Below the pieces are notes generated by a model. The model saw only the letters and a program-made list of their open reading frames with translations. It ran no database searches and was not told where the DNA came from. This document shows positions 14,153-27,349 of a DNA stretch of 64,000 nt, piece by piece. A program made the translations under genes and the position numbers. This DNA is from an uncultured delta proteobacterium (lineage in GTDB: Bacteria; Desulfobacterota; Binatia; HRBIN30; BPIQ01): the NCBI GenBank assembly GCA_963761335.1, contig CAVXGR010000018.1:448001-512000 (forward strand), in the 5' to 3' direction. Each line of letters opens with the position of its first letter. Positions within the stretch are counted from its first letter, which is position 1.

Positions 14153-16420
14153 TCAGAACAAGGTCGACTGCGGCTCGGTGAGCCGCAGCTCGGCCACGGT
14201 CATGCGTTTCAGCGCCTTGCGCCCCTTCTGGGCGCGGTGCGCCTCCGGCGGCTGGAATTTGCGCTCGCTGCCGTCGGCGCCGACGGCGATCAGGCGCGCT
14301 CCCGCCGGATGGGCGAGGGCGCCGACCAGGCGGTCGCCGCTTTCCACGCGCATGAGGATGACGCCGCGTCCTGGCCCCGAAAGCTCCGCCAGCTCGGCGG
14401 CAGGGAAGCTGAGCACCTTGCCGCTGTCGGTGGCGGCGGTGACGGTGTCGCCGTCGGCGGGCACCACCACGGCGATGTCGTCGCCGTCCTTGAGGCGCGC
14501 CAAGCGCCGGCCGCTCTTGGTCGTCTCGCTCAGATCGGGGCGACAGAAGAATCCCATGCCCTGCGCCGTCGCCACCAGCCAGCGGCGCGTCGCTGACTCC
14601 TCGCCCTCAGCACGCGGCGGGATGAGGGCGGCGCTGACGACCCGTTCGCCATCCTTGAACTTCAGCAGCGACTGTACCGGCTCGCCGTAGCCGGTGGTCG
14701 CCGGGACGCTGGTGACGGGAATGACGTAGGCCACGCCGAAGTTGGAGAACAAGGTGAGGCTGTCGCGCGTATTGCCGCGCAGAATCCAGCGGGCCAGGTC
14801 CCCCTCACGCACCCGGGTGGAGCTCGGGTCCTTGACCTCGCCCAGTCGCTTGATCCAGCCGTCGCGCGTCACCACCACGGTGGCGTTCTCGTGCACCACG
14901 TAGGCAGCGGCGTCATAGACCAGCTCGGCGCCGCTGCTGATGGCGGTGCGGCGCGCGTCGCCGTGCTTCTCGGCGACCTCGCGCAGCTCCGTGTCGACGA
15001 TCCGCCAGCGCGCCTTCTCGTTCTTGAGCAGCGCTTCGATCTCGCCGGCGCGCTTCTTCTTCTCGCGCTGCTCCTCCTCGATCTTCTCGATCTCCAAGCG
15101 CGCCAGCTGGTAGAGGCGTGTTTCCAGGATGGCGTCGGTCTGGACCTCGTCGAGGTGAAACTCCGCCATCAGCTTGGTCGCCGCCTGGGCCCGCGATGCC
15201 GACTGCCGAATGATGTGGATGGCGCGGTCGAGGTTGGCGAACAGCTTGAGGAATCCCTCGAGGATGTGCAGGCGCTCACGGAGCTCGCGCAGCTCGTGCT
15301 CGAGGCGGCGGGTGACGATCTGCAGGCGGAAGTCGAGGAAGTGGCGGCAGATGTCGCGCAGGTTGAGGCGCGCCGGCTGACCCACGCCGGGTGTCGCGGT
15401 GGGTACCAGGGCGGTCAGGTTCACATTGAAGTTGACCTGCAGATTGGTGTGCTTGAAGAGGAAGGCCATCACCTCGTCGGCGGTGGCGTCGGCCTTGATC
15501 TCGACGACGACGCGCACCGTGTCGGTGGACTCGTCGCGCACGTCCACCGCCTGGGGCAGGCGCCGGCTGACGATGTGCTCGGCGATCTCCTCGACGATGC
15601 GCGACTTGTTTGCCTGGTAGGGAATCGAGGTGATGATCACCAGGTTCCGCTTCTTCTCCTGCTCGCCGCGGTACTGGGCCCGCAGGCGCACAGTGCCCTG
15701 GCCGTTCTCGTAGATGGCGCGCAGCTCGCGGCGCGAGTTGAGGATCTCGCCCCCAGTGGGAAAATCCGGACCCTTGATGTGGCGGCAGAGGTCCTTGTTC
15801 TGGAGAGACGGGTCGCGAATCAGCGCCGCGAGCGCCTCCACGACCTCCCGCAGGTTGTGCGGCGGGATGTTGGTTGCCATGCCGACCGCGATCCCACTCG
15901 AGCCGTTGATCAACAGCTGCGGCAGGGCGGCGGGGAGGACGATCGGCTCGCGCAGGGTGGCGTCGTAGTTGTCGCGGAAATCGACGGTGTCGTGGCGAAT
16001 GTCGCGCAGCAGCTCCTCGGCAATCGCCGTCAGGCGCGCCTCGGTGTAACGCATGGCCGCCGGGCTGTCGCCGTCGAGCGAGCCGAAGTTGCCCTCGCCC
16101 TGGACCAGCGGATAGCGGAGCGCGAACGACTGGGCCATGCGCACCATCGCCTCGTAGGCGGCGACGTCGCCGTGCGGGTGGTATTTCCCCAGAACCTCGC
16201 CGACGACGGCCGCCGACTTGCGCGGCCGTGCCCCGGCGGTCAGACGCAGGTTCTGAAACATCGCGTAGAGGATGCGCCTCTGCACCGGCTTGAGGCCGTC
16301 GCGCACATCGGGCAGGGCGCGGGAGGTGATGACGCTGAGGGCGTAGGCGAGATAGCGCTCCTCGGCGGCGCTGCGCAGGTCGACGTCCCGCACGTCCCCG
16401 GGGCCTGTGGTTTCCTTCAC
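14153..16420 (-). CDS. Type II DNA topoisomerase subunit A (ParC/GyrA family, likely topo IV-like)
   Basis: [22 protein letters not shown] and catalytic [10 protein letters not shown]; short CTD without a recognisable GyrA-box. Confidence 0.9.
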   Translation of the reverse strand: MKETTGPGDVRDVDLRSAAEERYLAYALSVITSRALPDVRDGLKPVQRRILYAMFQNLRLTAGARPRKSAAVVGEVLGKYHPHGDVAAYEAMVRMAQSFALRYPLVQGEGNFGSLDGDSPAAMRYTEARLTAIAEELLRDIRHDTVDFRDNYDATLREPIVLPAALPQLLINGSSGIAVGMATNIPPHNLREVVEALAALIRDPSLQNKDLCRHIKGPDFPTGGEILNSRRELRAIYENGQGTVRLRAQYRGEQEKKRNLVIITSIPYQANKSRIVEEIAEHIVSRRLPQAVDVRDESTDTVRVVVEIKADATADEVMAFLFKHTNLQVNFNVNLTALVPTATPGVGQPARLNLRDICRHFLDFRLQIVTRRLEHELRELRERLHILEGFLKLFANLDRAIHIIRQSASRAQAATKLMAEFHLDEVQTDAILETRLYQLARLEIEKIEEEQREKKKRAGEIEALLKNEKARWRIVDTELREVAEKHGDARRTAISSGAELVYDAAAYVVHENATVVVTRDGWIKRLGEVKDPSSTRVREGDLARWILRGNTRDSLTLFSNFGVAYVIPVTSVPATTGYGEPVQSLLKFKDGERVVSAALIPPRAEGEESATRRWLVATAQGMGFFCRPDLSETTKSGRRLARLKDGDDIAVVVPADGDTVTAATDSGKVLSFPAAELAELSGPGRGVILMRVESGDRLVGALAHPAGARLIAVGADGSERKFQPPEAHRAQKGRKALKRMTVAELRLTEPQSTLF

Positions 16421-16545
16421 GTGGCTCGACTCCTGGTGGAATTCGCCAGAGCCTTATGCGCGTCCCCGGGAGCCTCTGCAAGCGAGAGCCCTTCAAGCCG
16501 GAGCGCGAATGGGTTAGTGTGCGCCCGCGTCGGAAGGTGCGCTGG

Positions 16546-18462
16546 ATGTTGAAGTACTGGCTGCTGGCGGGCACGGCTCTGCTGCTCTCGCTCGTCCTCA
16601 CCCCGGTGGTGGCGAGCTGGGCGCAGCGCCTCGGCGCCGTCGGCGACGCGGGGACGTGGCGCGCCCCGCGCCGGCGGGTTCCGCGCCTGGGTGGGCTGGC
16701 GGTGCTCGGCGCTTTCGCCGGGGCCCTGTGCGCGGGCTTTCTCGCCGACAGGCTGGCCTTCGAGGTCTTCTGGGGAGAGCCTTGGCCGTGGGGATGGCTG
16801 CTCGGGGGTGCTCTGGTAGTGGTGGCCTGCGGCGTCATCGACGACCTCTGGAGCCTCGGGCCGCTCTCCAAGCTCGCCTTCCAGCTGATCGCCGGAATCA
16901 TGGTTCTGGCCGCCGGGCGCGGCATCGATCTGATCACCAACCCCTACAGCGGCCAGGTGTTCGCCCTCGGCTGGCTGGGCGTTCCGGTGACCCTGCTCTG
17001 GGTCGTCGGCATCACCAACGCCTTCAATCTCATCGACGGTCTCGACGGGCTGGCTGTCGGTGTCGGCGTGATCGCCTGCGGCACGCTGTTCGCGGTGTCG
17101 CTGCGGGTCGGGCACGTCGAGGTGTCTCTGCTGGCCATCACTCTGGCGGGGGCGCTGGCGGGATTTCTGTATTACAACTTCAACCCCGCCATGGTTTTTC
17201 TGGGGGACTCCGGCAGTCTTCTGCTGGGCTACCTGCTGTCGGTGCTGTCCATCCAGGCGGCCCAGAAGGGGGCGACCGTGCTGGTGATCGCCGTGCCCAT
17301 CCTGGCTCTGGGCCTGCCGATCATGGACACGCTTCTGGCGATGGTGCGGAGGACCTTGGGGGCGCTGCACGTCGTCCGCCTCGACGAGGAGAACCGCGAG
17401 TACCGCTTCGCCTTCGGCTCGACCTCCATTCTGCGGGCCGATCGCGATCACATTCACCACCGGCTCCTGCGTCTGGGGCTGACGCATCGACGCGCCGTCC
17501 TGGTTCTCTACGTCGTCTGTCTGGTGCTCAGCGCTCTGTCGTTCCTGGCGGTTCACGCCCGCGCCTCGGACACCGCTCTGCTGGTGGCGGTGGTGGCCGC
17601 CGCCAGCTATCTCGGCGTGCGCAAGCTGGGGTATGCCGAGGTCGAAGTGCTGCGGCGCGGCACGCTCCTGCCCCTGTTCGAGCTGCCGATGTTCAACCGG
17701 CGGCTGGTGCACGCCGTCGTCGATGCCGGCTTCATCGGCGCCGCTTTTCTCGCCGGCAACGTCCTGCTCTACGGCGGCCGCATCCCCCTGGCGCTGCACC
17801 GCTACTTCGTCCTCAGCACGGTCATCGCCGTCGCCGCCAAGGTGGCGGTGTTCGCGTACTCCGGCCTGTATCGGCGCGCCTATCGGCACGTGAATGCCGG
17901 CGACCTGATCGGCGTGGTCCGCAGCCTGCTGCTCGCGGAGCTGGTAGCGGCCATCGGCATCGGCGTCCTCGCCGGCGTGCCGTCGCGGCCGGGACTGCTG
18001 CTGGTGCTCGACTTCTACTTCACCGCCACGCTGGTGCTCGGTGCGCGTCTCGCCTTCACGGTGCTCGAGGTGATGGCGCGTGGTTGGGGAGGCGCCGCGG
18101 CGCGGCCGGTGGTGATCTACGGCGCCGGCTCCGCCGGTGCCTCGCTGCTGCGCGAGCTCGAGCAGAACCCCGAGCTCGCCTGCCGTCCGGTGGCCTTCAT
18201 CGACGACTCGCCGAGACTCTGGGGGCGACGCCTGAACGGCGTCCCGGTGGTTGGCGGGACGCCGCAGCTCGCCGAGGTTCTCTGGCGCCAACAGGTCTAC
18301 GAGGTGATCATCTCCACGCCGAAGATTGCGCTGCCGCGGATCGAGGAGGTCGCCGCCATCTGCGGCGCCAACAACGTCAAGCTGCGCCGCTTCCGCATTG
18401 CGCTCGAGCAGGTCGATACGCCGGCGGCGGCACCGTTGCCACGCGCCGAGCCGGCCGGCTGA
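16546..18462 (+). CDS. MraY/WecA-family polyprenyl-phosphate GlcNAc-1-P transferase fused to a membrane plus Rossmann (CoA_binding_3-like) module
   Basis: PRLGG, GVIDD, NAFNLIDGLDGLA, FLGDSG and DRDHIHH motifs; C-terminal SGLYRR and VVIYGAGSAG...FIDD. Confidence 0.85.
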   Translation: MLKYWLLAGTALLLSLVLTPVVASWAQRLGAVGDAGTWRAPRRRVPRLGGLAVLGAFAGALCAGFLADRLAFEVFWGEPWPWGWLLGGALVVVACGVIDDLWSLGPLSKLAFQLIAGIMVLAAGRGIDLITNPYSGQVFALGWLGVPVTLLWVVGITNAFNLIDGLDGLAVGVGVIACGTLFAVSLRVGHVEVSLLAITLAGALAGFLYYNFNPAMVFLGDSGSLLLGYLLSVLSIQAAQKGATVLVIAVPILALGLPIMDTLLAMVRRTLGALHVVRLDEENREYRFAFGSTSILRADRDHIHHRLLRLGLTHRRAVLVLYVVCLVLSALSFLAVHARASDTALLVAVVAAASYLGVRKLGYAEVEVLRRGTLLPLFELPMFNRRLVHAVVDAGFIGAAFLAGNVLLYGGRIPLALHRYFVLSTVIAVAAKVAVFAYSGLYRRAYRHVNAGDLIGVVRSLLLAELVAAIGIGVLAGVPSRPGLLLVLDFYFTATLVLGARLAFTVLEVMARGWGGAAARPVVIYGAGSAGASLLRELEQNPELACRPVAFIDDSPRLWGRRLNGVPVVGGTPQLAEVLWRQQVYEVIISTPKIALPRIEEVAAICGANNVKLRRFRIALEQVDTPAAAPLPRAEPAG

Positions 18463-18467
18463 GCGGC

Positions 18468-19568
18468 TCAGCGGGGGCCGAGGCCGCGCCGCCGCAGCTC
18501 CTGCAGGATCAGCTCCGCGGCCACGCGATGGCCGGCAGAGGTGAAGTGGCGATCACGCAAGTAGAAAAGGGGAACATGGGCGCGGTCGTATGCTCGGCGC
18601 ATGCCCGGCAATAGATCGAAGACCGGAATGCCCAGCTCGCGGCCGACATCGCGCATGCGTTCCTGGACCGCGTAGTCCCGCTGCGGCAGCATCTGTACCT
18701 TGATGTCCGGTTGAACTTGCAGGCCCTCGGGCAGCACGACGACCAGGAGCTGGGCGCCGCTCTGCTGGACGGTCTGCGCCAGCTCGCGCAGAAGCGCTCG
18801 CTCGAGCTGCCACGCCGGCTCCACCTCGTCGGGGCGCAACAGGTCCGCCTCGTCGACGGGGAGGCCGAGCAGAACCCGCAGGCGCCAACGAAGGAAGAGG
18901 ATTCGATCGCTGAGAAATCGGTATGTGTAGCTGTAGCGCAGCAGTTGCCGGTGCGACGATGGCCACTGCATCAACGGCGGGTCGCCCGGATGCCGCTCGG
19001 GCGGAAAGCGGAGCTGGCCGTCGGCGACGCCGAACGGCGGTATGCGCCGCTTGAAGGCGTCGGTGACGTCGTTCCAGAAGAAGGCGACCAGCACCAGATC
19101 CGGGCTGAAGGAGAGCCCCTGATCCCGCAGGAGGAGCAGCTCCTGGCCGGTGTCGTAGCCGATGACCCCGGCGTTGATCACTTGAAGCCGCGGGTCGAGC
19201 TTCTCCAGCCGGGCACAGAAGGTCTCCTGGTCGCCGACGCCCATGCCGTAGGTAAAGGAGTCGCCCAGCACCAGGATGCGATAGCGATCGCGTGGCTTCT
19301 GGCGCGAGATCTCCGCTCCGCGGAAGCCCCAGGAGTCGTGCTGGACGGTCGTGCTGTATTCCGCGTCCCCCATCTCGGCGCGAATTCCCGGTCGGTTCTC
19401 CCATCCGCGCGTCGGGTGCGGTTGCGCAAAGCCCATGCGGTCCTTGACGTAGAAGCCCTGCCAGGTGAGACGCAGGCCGATCTCGACGAGCACCAGGGCG
19501 ACGGCCACCGCGGCGGCGGCGGTGGCCAGGTTGAGCGACCAGCCGCGCACCTGTCCGCCGAAGCTCAT
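18468..19568 (-). CDS. SGNH/GDSL hydrolase-family protein with N-terminal anchor
   Basis: LGDSFTYG, NAGVIGY, FFWND and DRHF motifs; start uncertain. Confidence 0.8.
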   Translation of the reverse strand: MSFGGQVRGWSLNLATAAAAVAVALVLVEIGLRLTWQGFYVKDRMGFAQPHPTRGWENRPGIRAEMGDAEYSTTVQHDSWGFRGAEISRQKPRDRYRILVLGDSFTYGMGVGDQETFCARLEKLDPRLQVINAGVIGYDTGQELLLLRDQGLSFSPDLVLVAFFWNDVTDAFKRRIPPFGVADGQLRFPPERHPGDPPLMQWPSSHRQLLRYSYTYRFLSDRILFLRWRLRVLLGLPVDEADLLRPDEVEPAWQLERALLRELAQTVQQSGAQLLVVVLPEGLQVQPDIKVQMLPQRDYAVQERMRDVGRELGIPVFDLLPGMRRAYDRAHVPLFYLRDRHFTSAGHRVAAELILQELRRRGLGPR

Positions 19569-19911
19569 CGATATGGACGCCCGGAGATCATCAAGCGACG
19601 CGTGACACATGCAGCCGGGGGGCGCAAGGGCGGTAGCTCGGGGCGATGGCGCGATGGATTCCGGTCTGTTTACCCATGACATCGCTGCGGATACTGCCCC
19701 GATGAGAAACCGCTTGACTCGGGAAAATTTTCTTGACAAACACCTGCGCCACACAGTATTGCGAAGACATCAACACGTGTCATTGGCAGCAAAGTAAGCT
19801 GGTATTGGGTTGTGGGGCGTTCCGGGGGGAGCGTCCTGCGAAAAGAATTGAGAGGGTGTTTTCGTCTCTGGGGAGTTCGCTCTTCGGAGGCTGTCAGAGG
19901 GAGGAGGCCAC

Positions 19912-20529
19912 ATGTCCGTGAACACAAAGCAGATCCGGCGTGCCCTGGGCTTGGCGTTGACGTGGGGAGCAATGGCGCTTTTCGTCGCCTCGCCTGCGCT
20001 GGCGCAGAACAAGCCACAGAAGCCGGTCAAGCCAGCCAAGCCGCAGAAGCCCCACAAGCCGCAGCCCGCGCTCAATCCGGGGCCGAGCCATCCGGCGAAG
20101 CCGTCCAAGCCTTCGAAACCTTCGAAACCTTCGAAACCTTCGAAGCCCGGAAAGCCTTCGAAGGCGCACAAGCCGCACAAGCCGCATCCGGAGCTGGGAC
20201 CCGGGCCGAGCAATAACAAGCCGGCGAAGCCCGCCAAGCCTGCGAAGCCGAAGAAGCCTTCGAAGCCGAAGAAGCCTTCGAAGCCGTCGAAGCCCTCGAA
20301 GCCGCACGCGCCGCACAAGCCGCACCCGGAGCTGGGACCTGGGCCGAGCAATCACAAGCCGGCGAAGCCCGCCAAGCCTGCGAAGCCGAAGAAGCCGTCC
20401 AAGCCTTCGAAGCCGTCAAAGCCTTCGAAGCCGCACAAGCCCCATCCGGAGGGCAACCCGGGTCCGAGCAACAACAAGCCCGCGAAGCCGTCCAAGCCCG
20501 CGAAGCCGGCTAAGCCGCACAAGCCGTAA
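19912..20529 (+). CDS. Secreted Lys/Pro-rich (KPx)n repeat protein of unknown function
   Basis: Strong GGAGGAGG RBS, Sec signal ending SPALA, genome-typical codons (AAG CCG), followed by an intrinsic terminator. Confidence 0.8.
   Translation: MSVNTKQIRRALGLALTWGAMALFVASPALAQNKPQKPVKPAKPQKPHKPQPALNPGPSHPAKPSKPSKPSKPSKPSKPGKPSKAHKPHKPHPELGPGPSNNKPAKPAKPAKPKKPSKPKKPSKPSKPSKPHAPHKPHPELGPGPSNHKPAKPAKPAKPKKPSKPSKPSKPSKPHKPHPEGNPGPSNNKPAKPSKPAKPAKPHKP
20010..20526 (+). repeat. Nested tandem repeats: 9-nt AAGCCNNNN units inside longer repeats
   Basis: Examples: repeated cttcgaaac units near 20111-20145, and near-identical blocks starting 20176 and 20314 (138-nt offset). Confidence 0.9.
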
Positions 20530-20552
20530 GCTGAGCACGATACCGCTTCACG

Positions 20553-20590
20553 ACGGACGCTCTCCAACGGGGGAGCGTCCGTTTTTTTTT
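20553..20590 (+). terminator. Rho-independent terminator
   Basis: ACGGACGCTCTCC-aacg-GGGGAGCGTCCGT stem followed by a T run. Confidence 0.88.
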
Positions 20591-20655
20591 GCGCGTTTCG
20601 GCAGGCGTGTGCGCCGCGTGTTAAGGAAACGCGGACAACAGGAGAGGAGAGTGCA

Positions 20656-21972
20656 ATGCTGTGTCGCGCGCGCGTCCCGTACCTGAGCTCCGTGCTGCTT
20701 CTGCTGCTTCCGCTGGCCGCCTCGGCGGCCAGTCTGCGGCTGAGCATGGAGGAGGCCGTGAATCGGGCCTTGGCCGCCAGCCCGGATCTGCAGGCGGACC
20801 GCAAGGATGTCGACGTGGCGACCGCGACCCTGCAGCAGAGCCGTGCTCTCTTTCCGGAGAACCCCTACGTGTCGCTCGGTGCACAGACCTCGTTTCAGCG
20901 GAACAGCGCCGCTGGCACTTCCGCGGGCGGCGGCGGTGCGGTCTCGACAGCGACCACTCAGACGGACGTCGGCTTCGGCTACGGGCTCTCCCTGTCGCAG
21001 GAAGTAGAGATCGCCGGCCAGCGGCAGAAGCGCCTCGCCGTCGCCCAGAGCGGCCTCGAGCGCGCCTCCGCGGATGCCCACAGCGCCGAGCTGACGATGA
21101 TCGCCACGGTGAAGAGCGCCTTCGTGGGCGCTCTCGCCAATGCCGCGCGCCTCACCATTGCCCGGCAGGGTGCCGATGCGGCGCGCGACCTGCGCACGCG
21201 CCTGCAGGCCGCCAAGCCGCGCTCGGGGATTCCCCTCATCGAGCTCAACCAGGCGGAGATGCAGGAGAGCCGCAGCCTCCGCGATGTCGCTTCGGCAGAG
21301 CGCGCCTACCAGGACTCCCTCTCGCAGCTGCGCTACCTGCTCGACGTCGCTCCCGATCAGGAGATCGAGCTGGTCGGCGCCATCGGCACCGCCGTGCACG
21401 AGCCGCCGCCCGCAGACGAGCTCGTCGAACGCGCCCTCCAGCAACGGGCCGACCTCGCCGGCTATCGGCACCGCCTGGAGGTGGCCGAGAACCAGCTCGA
21501 TCTCACCCGCCGCGAGGCGGTCCCCAACGTCACCGTCTCCGGTTTTGTCTCCCGCTTCGACAACGTCACCTTCGTCGGCGGTGACCTGGCCGCCTATCTG
21601 CCGGTTTGGCGGCGGCATGGCGGCGAGACTGCGGAAGCCGTGGCCGACCGCCAGCAGGCCGAGCTGCGGCTGCGCGACATGCGGCGCGTCGTCGAGTGGC
21701 AGGTCGTGCAGGCGCGCCGCACTTTGCAGGGCGCCGCTGAGGCGCTGCGCTCCATTCGCAGAGAAATTCTCCCCCGCAGCGAGGAGAATCTGCGCATCGA
21801 GCGCCAGCTCTACGACAGCCGGCAGGTCGCCGTCGCCGATCTCATCGGCATCCAGATCGACGCCATCTCGGCTCGCCGGGAAGAGATCGATGCCGCCGAG
21901 GCCTACGAGAGCGCCGAGATCGACCTCGAGCGCCTCGTCGGCGGTTCCCTCGCCGCCGGCACCAGCGGCTGA
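20656..21972 (+). CDS. TolC-family outer-membrane efflux protein (CzcC-like)
   Basis: Signal peptide, LSMEEAVNRALAASPDL, LSQEVEIAGQRQKR and two helical repeats. Confidence 0.8.
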   Translation: MLCRARVPYLSSVLLLLLPLAASAASLRLSMEEAVNRALAASPDLQADRKDVDVATATLQQSRALFPENPYVSLGAQTSFQRNSAAGTSAGGGGAVSTATTQTDVGFGYGLSLSQEVEIAGQRQKRLAVAQSGLERASADAHSAELTMIATVKSAFVGALANAARLTIARQGADAARDLRTRLQAAKPRSGIPLIELNQAEMQESRSLRDVASAERAYQDSLSQLRYLLDVAPDQEIELVGAIGTAVHEPPPADELVERALQQRADLAGYRHRLEVAENQLDLTRREAVPNVTVSGFVSRFDNVTFVGGDLAAYLPVWRRHGGETAEAVADRQQAELRLRDMRRVVEWQVVQARRTLQGAAEALRSIRREILPRSEENLRIERQLYDSRQVAVADLIGIQIDAISARREEIDAAEAYESAEIDLERLVGGSLAAGTSG

Positions 21973-22008
21973 GCCCGGCCCGGCGGAGCGCCGCCGCCTT
22001 TCTGAACA

Positions 22009-22212
22009 GGGCCTGTGGATAAGTTGTGGACGGTGCTCTCGAAGTAGTTGGAGAAAGGCGTTTTTCACCGTCACCTCACCTTTTGGCGCGCCGTGTCAAT
22101 ATGAACATTGTCTTGTATCTCCAGGGTGTTGAATGAGAGTTCTCGTGTGAAGGTTTCAGCTGCGACCCGGTTGCGCTCGAACTATCCTGGGAAAAGCCGC
22201 GCCTGTGGATAT
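22009..22212. promoter_or_regulatory. Cluster of DnaA boxes (possible oriC or DnaA-binding locus)
   Basis: Perfect TGTGGATAA at 22014-22022, tandem degenerate TGTGGACGG at 22025-22033, TTTTTCACC at 22061-22069, TGTGGATAT at 22204-22212, plus an AT-richer tract at about 22095-22140. Confidence 0.5.
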
Positions 22213-22298
22213 TCCATCCCCCTCGGGCTCGTTGCCGGGGGTGCATTTGACTCCTTCGCTGGGGCGCGTCTAACTTCCGCGGCAGTTGGAGGTGAGCG

Positions 22299-23510
22299 AT
22301 GCCGATGCCGCTCGAGGGGATCCGTGTGATCGATTGGACGATCTGGCAGCAGGGGCCGGTGGCCAGCGCCATGCTCGGCGACCTGGGCGCCGAGGTGATC
22401 AAGATCGAGGAGCGCCACCGCGGTGATCCGGGACGCGGAATGCTGAAAATGAGCGGCATCGATCTCGCGGACCGGCCCAACTTCTATTTCGAGGCGAACA
22501 ACCGCAACAAGCGGAGCGTTGCCGTCGATCTGAAGAAGCCGGAAGGGGTGGAGATCGTTCGCGAGCTGGTGCAGCTGTCGGACGTCTTTGTGCAGAACTT
22601 CCGCCAGGGTGTTGCCGAGCGCCTCGGTCTCGGCGCTGCCGAGCTGCGTCACCGCAACCCCATGCTGATCTACGCCAGCGCCACCGGTTACGGTGCTGCC
22701 GGACCGGAGAGCGGCGAGCCCTCCTTCGACTATCTGGGCCAGGCGCGTTCCGGAATCATGCTCGCCGCCGGAGAGCCGGAGATGCCGCCTCTGGCCATCG
22801 CCGGCGGAATCGCCGATCAGATGGGGGCCATCATGCTTGCTTACGGCGTGCTCGCGGCGCTCTACGCGCGCCAGCGCTTCGGCATTGGCCAAGAGGTCGG
22901 CGCTTCCCATCTCGGCAGCATGACCTGGCTCCAGGGGTTGAGCGTTGCGGCTCGCCTGATGATGGGCATGGCCATCCCGCGGCAGCCGCGCGATGCCGCC
23001 GCCAATCCTCTGTGGAACCACTATCGCTGCTCCGACGGGCGCTGGCTCGCCCTCGGCATGCTGCAGCCCGATCGCTATTGGAAAGACCTGTGCGGCGCCC
23101 TCGGCCGCCCAGAGCTGGCCGAGGACGAGCGCTTTTCGACCATGACGATGCGCGCCGGAAACGCGCGCCAGTGCGTCGCCGCGCTCGACGAGATCTTCGC
23201 GACGCGCCCCTGCGCCGAGTGGATCGAGGTGCTGCGCCGCGGCGGCGACTTCATCTTCACGCACGTGAACAGCGTCGACGATCTTCCGGAAGATCCGCAG
23301 GTCCAGGCCAACGAGTACGTGACGGAGTTCGCCCATCCCGCCTACGGGCCGGTGAAGGTGGTCGGCATGCCGGTGCGCCTGAGCGAGACGCCGGGGCAGA
23401 TCCGTCTGCCAGCTCCCGAGTTCGGCCAGCACACCGAGGAGGTGCTCGCCGAGCTGCTCGGCTACAGCTGGGAGAAGATCGACGCGCTGCGCGCCGCCGA
23501 GGTGATCTGA
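22299..23510 (+). CDS. Family III CoA-transferase (CaiB/BaiF)
   Basis: [32 protein letters not shown] and catalytic Asp in GIADQ. Confidence 0.92.
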   Translation: MPMPLEGIRVIDWTIWQQGPVASAMLGDLGAEVIKIEERHRGDPGRGMLKMSGIDLADRPNFYFEANNRNKRSVAVDLKKPEGVEIVRELVQLSDVFVQNFRQGVAERLGLGAAELRHRNPMLIYASATGYGAAGPESGEPSFDYLGQARSGIMLAAGEPEMPPLAIAGGIADQMGAIMLAYGVLAALYARQRFGIGQEVGASHLGSMTWLQGLSVAARLMMGMAIPRQPRDAAANPLWNHYRCSDGRWLALGMLQPDRYWKDLCGALGRPELAEDERFSTMTMRAGNARQCVAALDEIFATRPCAEWIEVLRRGGDFIFTHVNSVDDLPEDPQVQANEYVTEFAHPAYGPVKVVGMPVRLSETPGQIRLPAPEFGQHTEEVLAELLGYSWEKIDALRAAEVI

Positions 23511-23701
23511 CATATCCGCTCGGGCGTCGGCGGAATGTTGACTGCCCAGGGTCCATCCGCTACTCACGAGCAGCCGGGCGCCTCCCGGGGGTTCACCCCG
23601 CGCGAGGATCTGCCGGCGGGAATCGCTCATCGTGTCGCCGGGCCGGACGAGCAGCGCCCGGGGCATCACGTCTTTTTTCCCTCGAGCAAGGATCGGAGCA
23701 A

Positions 23702-25991
<2,290 letters not shown>

Positions 25992-26020
25992 CCCGGCGGG
26001 CGGAGTCGGAAAGCAGAGCG

Positions 26021-27187
<1,167 letters not shown>

Positions 27188-27349
27188 GGCTGTCGATCGC
27201 GGCGGCAGCGCCGCCGCGTCAATTAACTGCCCTATCGTCGTCCGGCGGACGGCCGTCGCCCAGGCCGAGGGATCGGCGGTCAACGGAATTCACCGTCCCA
27301 GCGCCGCCGATCTCCGCGTGTCGCTCGGCACGTCTCTTGCGATGCGGCG

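Noticed and set aside
19784..19800. Sigma54 promoter upstream of the KPx gene
   Set aside because: GG to GC spacing is 11 rather than 10 nt and there is no TTGC.
20010..20526. Repeat region as a CRISPR array
   Set aside because: Repeats are codon-phased with no unique spacers, and no cas genes are present.
19770..20804. Antisense ORFs with GFEGF / RRLRRL repeats
   Set aside because: They are shadows of the KPx repeat; the plus frame has the RBS, signal peptide and terminator.
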